Below are positions 62,094 through 64,000 of a stretch of DNA of 64,000 nt, one piece after another. The position numbers and the translations under genes were made by a program. Positions within the stretch are counted from its first letter, which is position 1; each line of letters opens with the position of its first letter. Under the pieces are notes generated by a model, which did no database searches, was not told the origin of the DNA, and worked only from the letters and a program-made list of their open reading frames with translations. Source of the stretch: Squalus acanthias (lineage: Eukaryota); assembly GCA_030390025.1 (NCBI GenBank), contig CM059438.1, forward strand, positions 64,978,001 through 65,042,000. Reading direction: 5' to 3'.

Positions 62094-63236
62094 TTAGAAG
62101 CGGTCTCTTATCAGGCGTTCACGGACGGCCCTTGCAGAGGCAACATTGTGCGCCTCCCTCCCACATTGGTGCTGCTGATCCTCCTCCTCCTCTTCTTCTC
62201 CCTCTTACTCCTCCTGAGGTGGTGCACCAATCCCTGGTGGCAATGACTGGGACCTCAGAATGGCGAGGTTGTGCAGCATGCAGCACACAACAATGAAAAC
62301 TGATACTCGATTGGAGGAGTACTGCAGGGCTCCTCCAGAGTGGTCAAGACACCGGAACCGTTGCTTCAGCACGCCGATGGTCTGCTCAATGAGGTTCCTG
62401 GTGGCGCTATGGATCTCATTGTATTGGAGCTCAGCAGGAGTGCTGGGATTATGGAGCGGTGTCATCAGCCAGGTGCAGAGTGGATAACCCTTGTCCCCAA
62501 GGAGCCAGCCACGAGGTTGCCGCGGTGGTTGGAAGAGGTCTGGGACACCAGTCTGGAGCAGGATAAAAGCATTGTGGCTGCTGCCAGGATAGCAGGCATT
62601 GACGGCAAGGATGCCACACACCAACTGAACATTCAGAGAGTGGAAGCCCTTGCTGTTTCGGAACACCTCTGCATTTTCATGAGGTGCCCGCAATGCCACA
62701 TGCGTGCAGTCAATGGTGCCCTGAACCATGGGGAAGCCCGCTATCCTAGTGAAGCCACATGTGCGTTCACGCTGTTTGTCCCGGGTCATGGGGAAAGAGA
62801 TGTACTGCCTTCACCTTTTGTACAGAGCATTTGTCACCTCCCGGATACAGCAATGGACAGCGAACTGGAAGATATTCGCTATGCCCCCAGTTGAAGCCTG
62901 GAAGGAGCCGCTGGCATAGAAATTCAGAGCCACCGTCACCTTCACTGCCACCGACAGAGACGTCCTGGTCCTGAGCTGAGGCTGCAGATCTGGTTGCAGG
63001 AGGTGGCAGAGCTCAGTGACCACCTCCTTGCTGAAGCGCAGCCTTCTGAAACACTGCTCCTCAGACAAATGAATGTATGAGAATTGCTCCCGGAATACCC
63101 TGGGAGGGTAAGGTCTCCTGTGCAGAGGCCTGTTGGCCCTCCTCCCTCTGGCCACGTTTTCCACTCTCTCTCTGCGACTCTGCTGCCTCTGAAGGTGAAG
63201 CTGGAGGATGACGCCCCGAGTTAGTACAGCCCCCAT
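62094..63236 (-). pseudogene. Harbinger DDE transposase (HARBI1-like); frameshift near 62800 and stop at 62205
   Basis: Catalytic motifs [17 protein letters not shown] and IEQTIGVLKQRFRCLD; acidic tail ending RERLIRDRF*. Confidence 0.92.
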
Positions 63237-64000
63237 AAAATCTTCTAAATGTGCTAAATATGAAGCTCAGAGAAATAGGAACCTCAAAAGCAATGCTGAA
63301 GACCAAAACTCCTTAGGACAGTGTTAACTCTCTAGACGTCTCTCTCCCTCTCAACCTGCGTTTGCCAAAAATTTTGCCGACAAGAAAAAGCAGGAAGTGC
63401 ACGCCTTTAAATAGTGCTCCCCCAGCCCCTTCCTGACTTCAAAACGTCCCCCTCTACCTGTCATTCCTAGTGGCAGGCGCTAAGGCAGGGGGCGCGATTC
63501 AATTTCCGGTCCGGGGCGTTGCACGCTTGCATGACGTCACGATCTGCGGGCGCAGGAGATCATGGCGGTAGTGCTTAGCGCCACCGCAAAACGACAGGTT
63601 AATTTCACGAGCGGCGCTAAAATCGCCACGCTCAGGTGCTAAGTTGCTAGCGCTCCGTTAGCGCTCCCCTGAGGCGCTAACGGAAGGCGCTCACCAACCA
63701 AATTTTTCCCCCCTAGTCTCCTGCTCACTGGGACTGTGATGGCTGGGCTATTCCACTCCCATTAGAAGCATATATCCCGCTGGATGTCGACCAAGTATTC
63801 AGAGATCGCAAGTCTTGTCTCCACTCGCTGGCACTGTCTGAACTGTGGCTCAATCCCATAACCTTCCAACTCAGAGGTGGAAATCTTACCACTGAGTAAA
63901 CAAGTAATAGGTGAATTTAAGCGTGGTTTTAGGAAATTCTTCTTTGATCAATTTGTGGAATAAATTCCAGGAAGAGTGGTGGAGGCAAAAACCCTGGAAT

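Larger units (their letters stand above)
59633..63712. mobile_element. Full-length two-gene Harbinger transposon (4080 bp)
   Basis: TIR GGGGGAAAAATT / AATTTTTCCCCC, 3-bp TSD CTA, convergent Myb and transposase genes. Confidence 0.93.

Noticed and set aside
62094..63236. Domesticated host HARBI1 gene
   Set aside because: It is flanked by TIRs and a TSD, paired with a Myb gene and disrupted, so it is a transposon copy.

Overview
Repeat-dense vertebrate genomic DNA, almost certainly from a cartilaginous fish (shark-type HE1/V-SINE, SacSINE1-like DeuSINE, CR1, L2, RTE and Penelope repeats). I could not identify a host protein-coding exon with confidence, so this looks like an intergenic stretch or a large intron. 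Most of the supplied ORFs are transposon remnants or their antisense frames. Main contents: (1) three diverged ~1.6-1.75 kb solo LTRs with 4-bp TSDs, each nested in another element; (2) a truncated LTR retroelement with a decayed gag (MHR + CCHC), an array of tRNA-Arg(UCG) primer-binding sites and a TGA-CTAG gag stop; (3) three Harbinger-family elements carrying transposase and/or Myb/SANT genes, plus several Harbinger MITEs; (4) a Penelope element and terminal-repeat remnants with minimal hammerhead ribozyme motifs; (5) a near full-length L2; (6) a 42-43 bp GC-rich minisatellite. The most novel-looking signal is the LTR architecture: an E2F+TATA promoter, a very long R region holding a length-conserved ~130-nt GT-AG intron just upstream of AATAAA, and a conserved U5 hairpin. 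Each solo LTR could therefore be a self-contained spliced transcription unit. All coordinates and alignments were read by eye and repeat-family names come from recalled consensus motifs; no database search was run.
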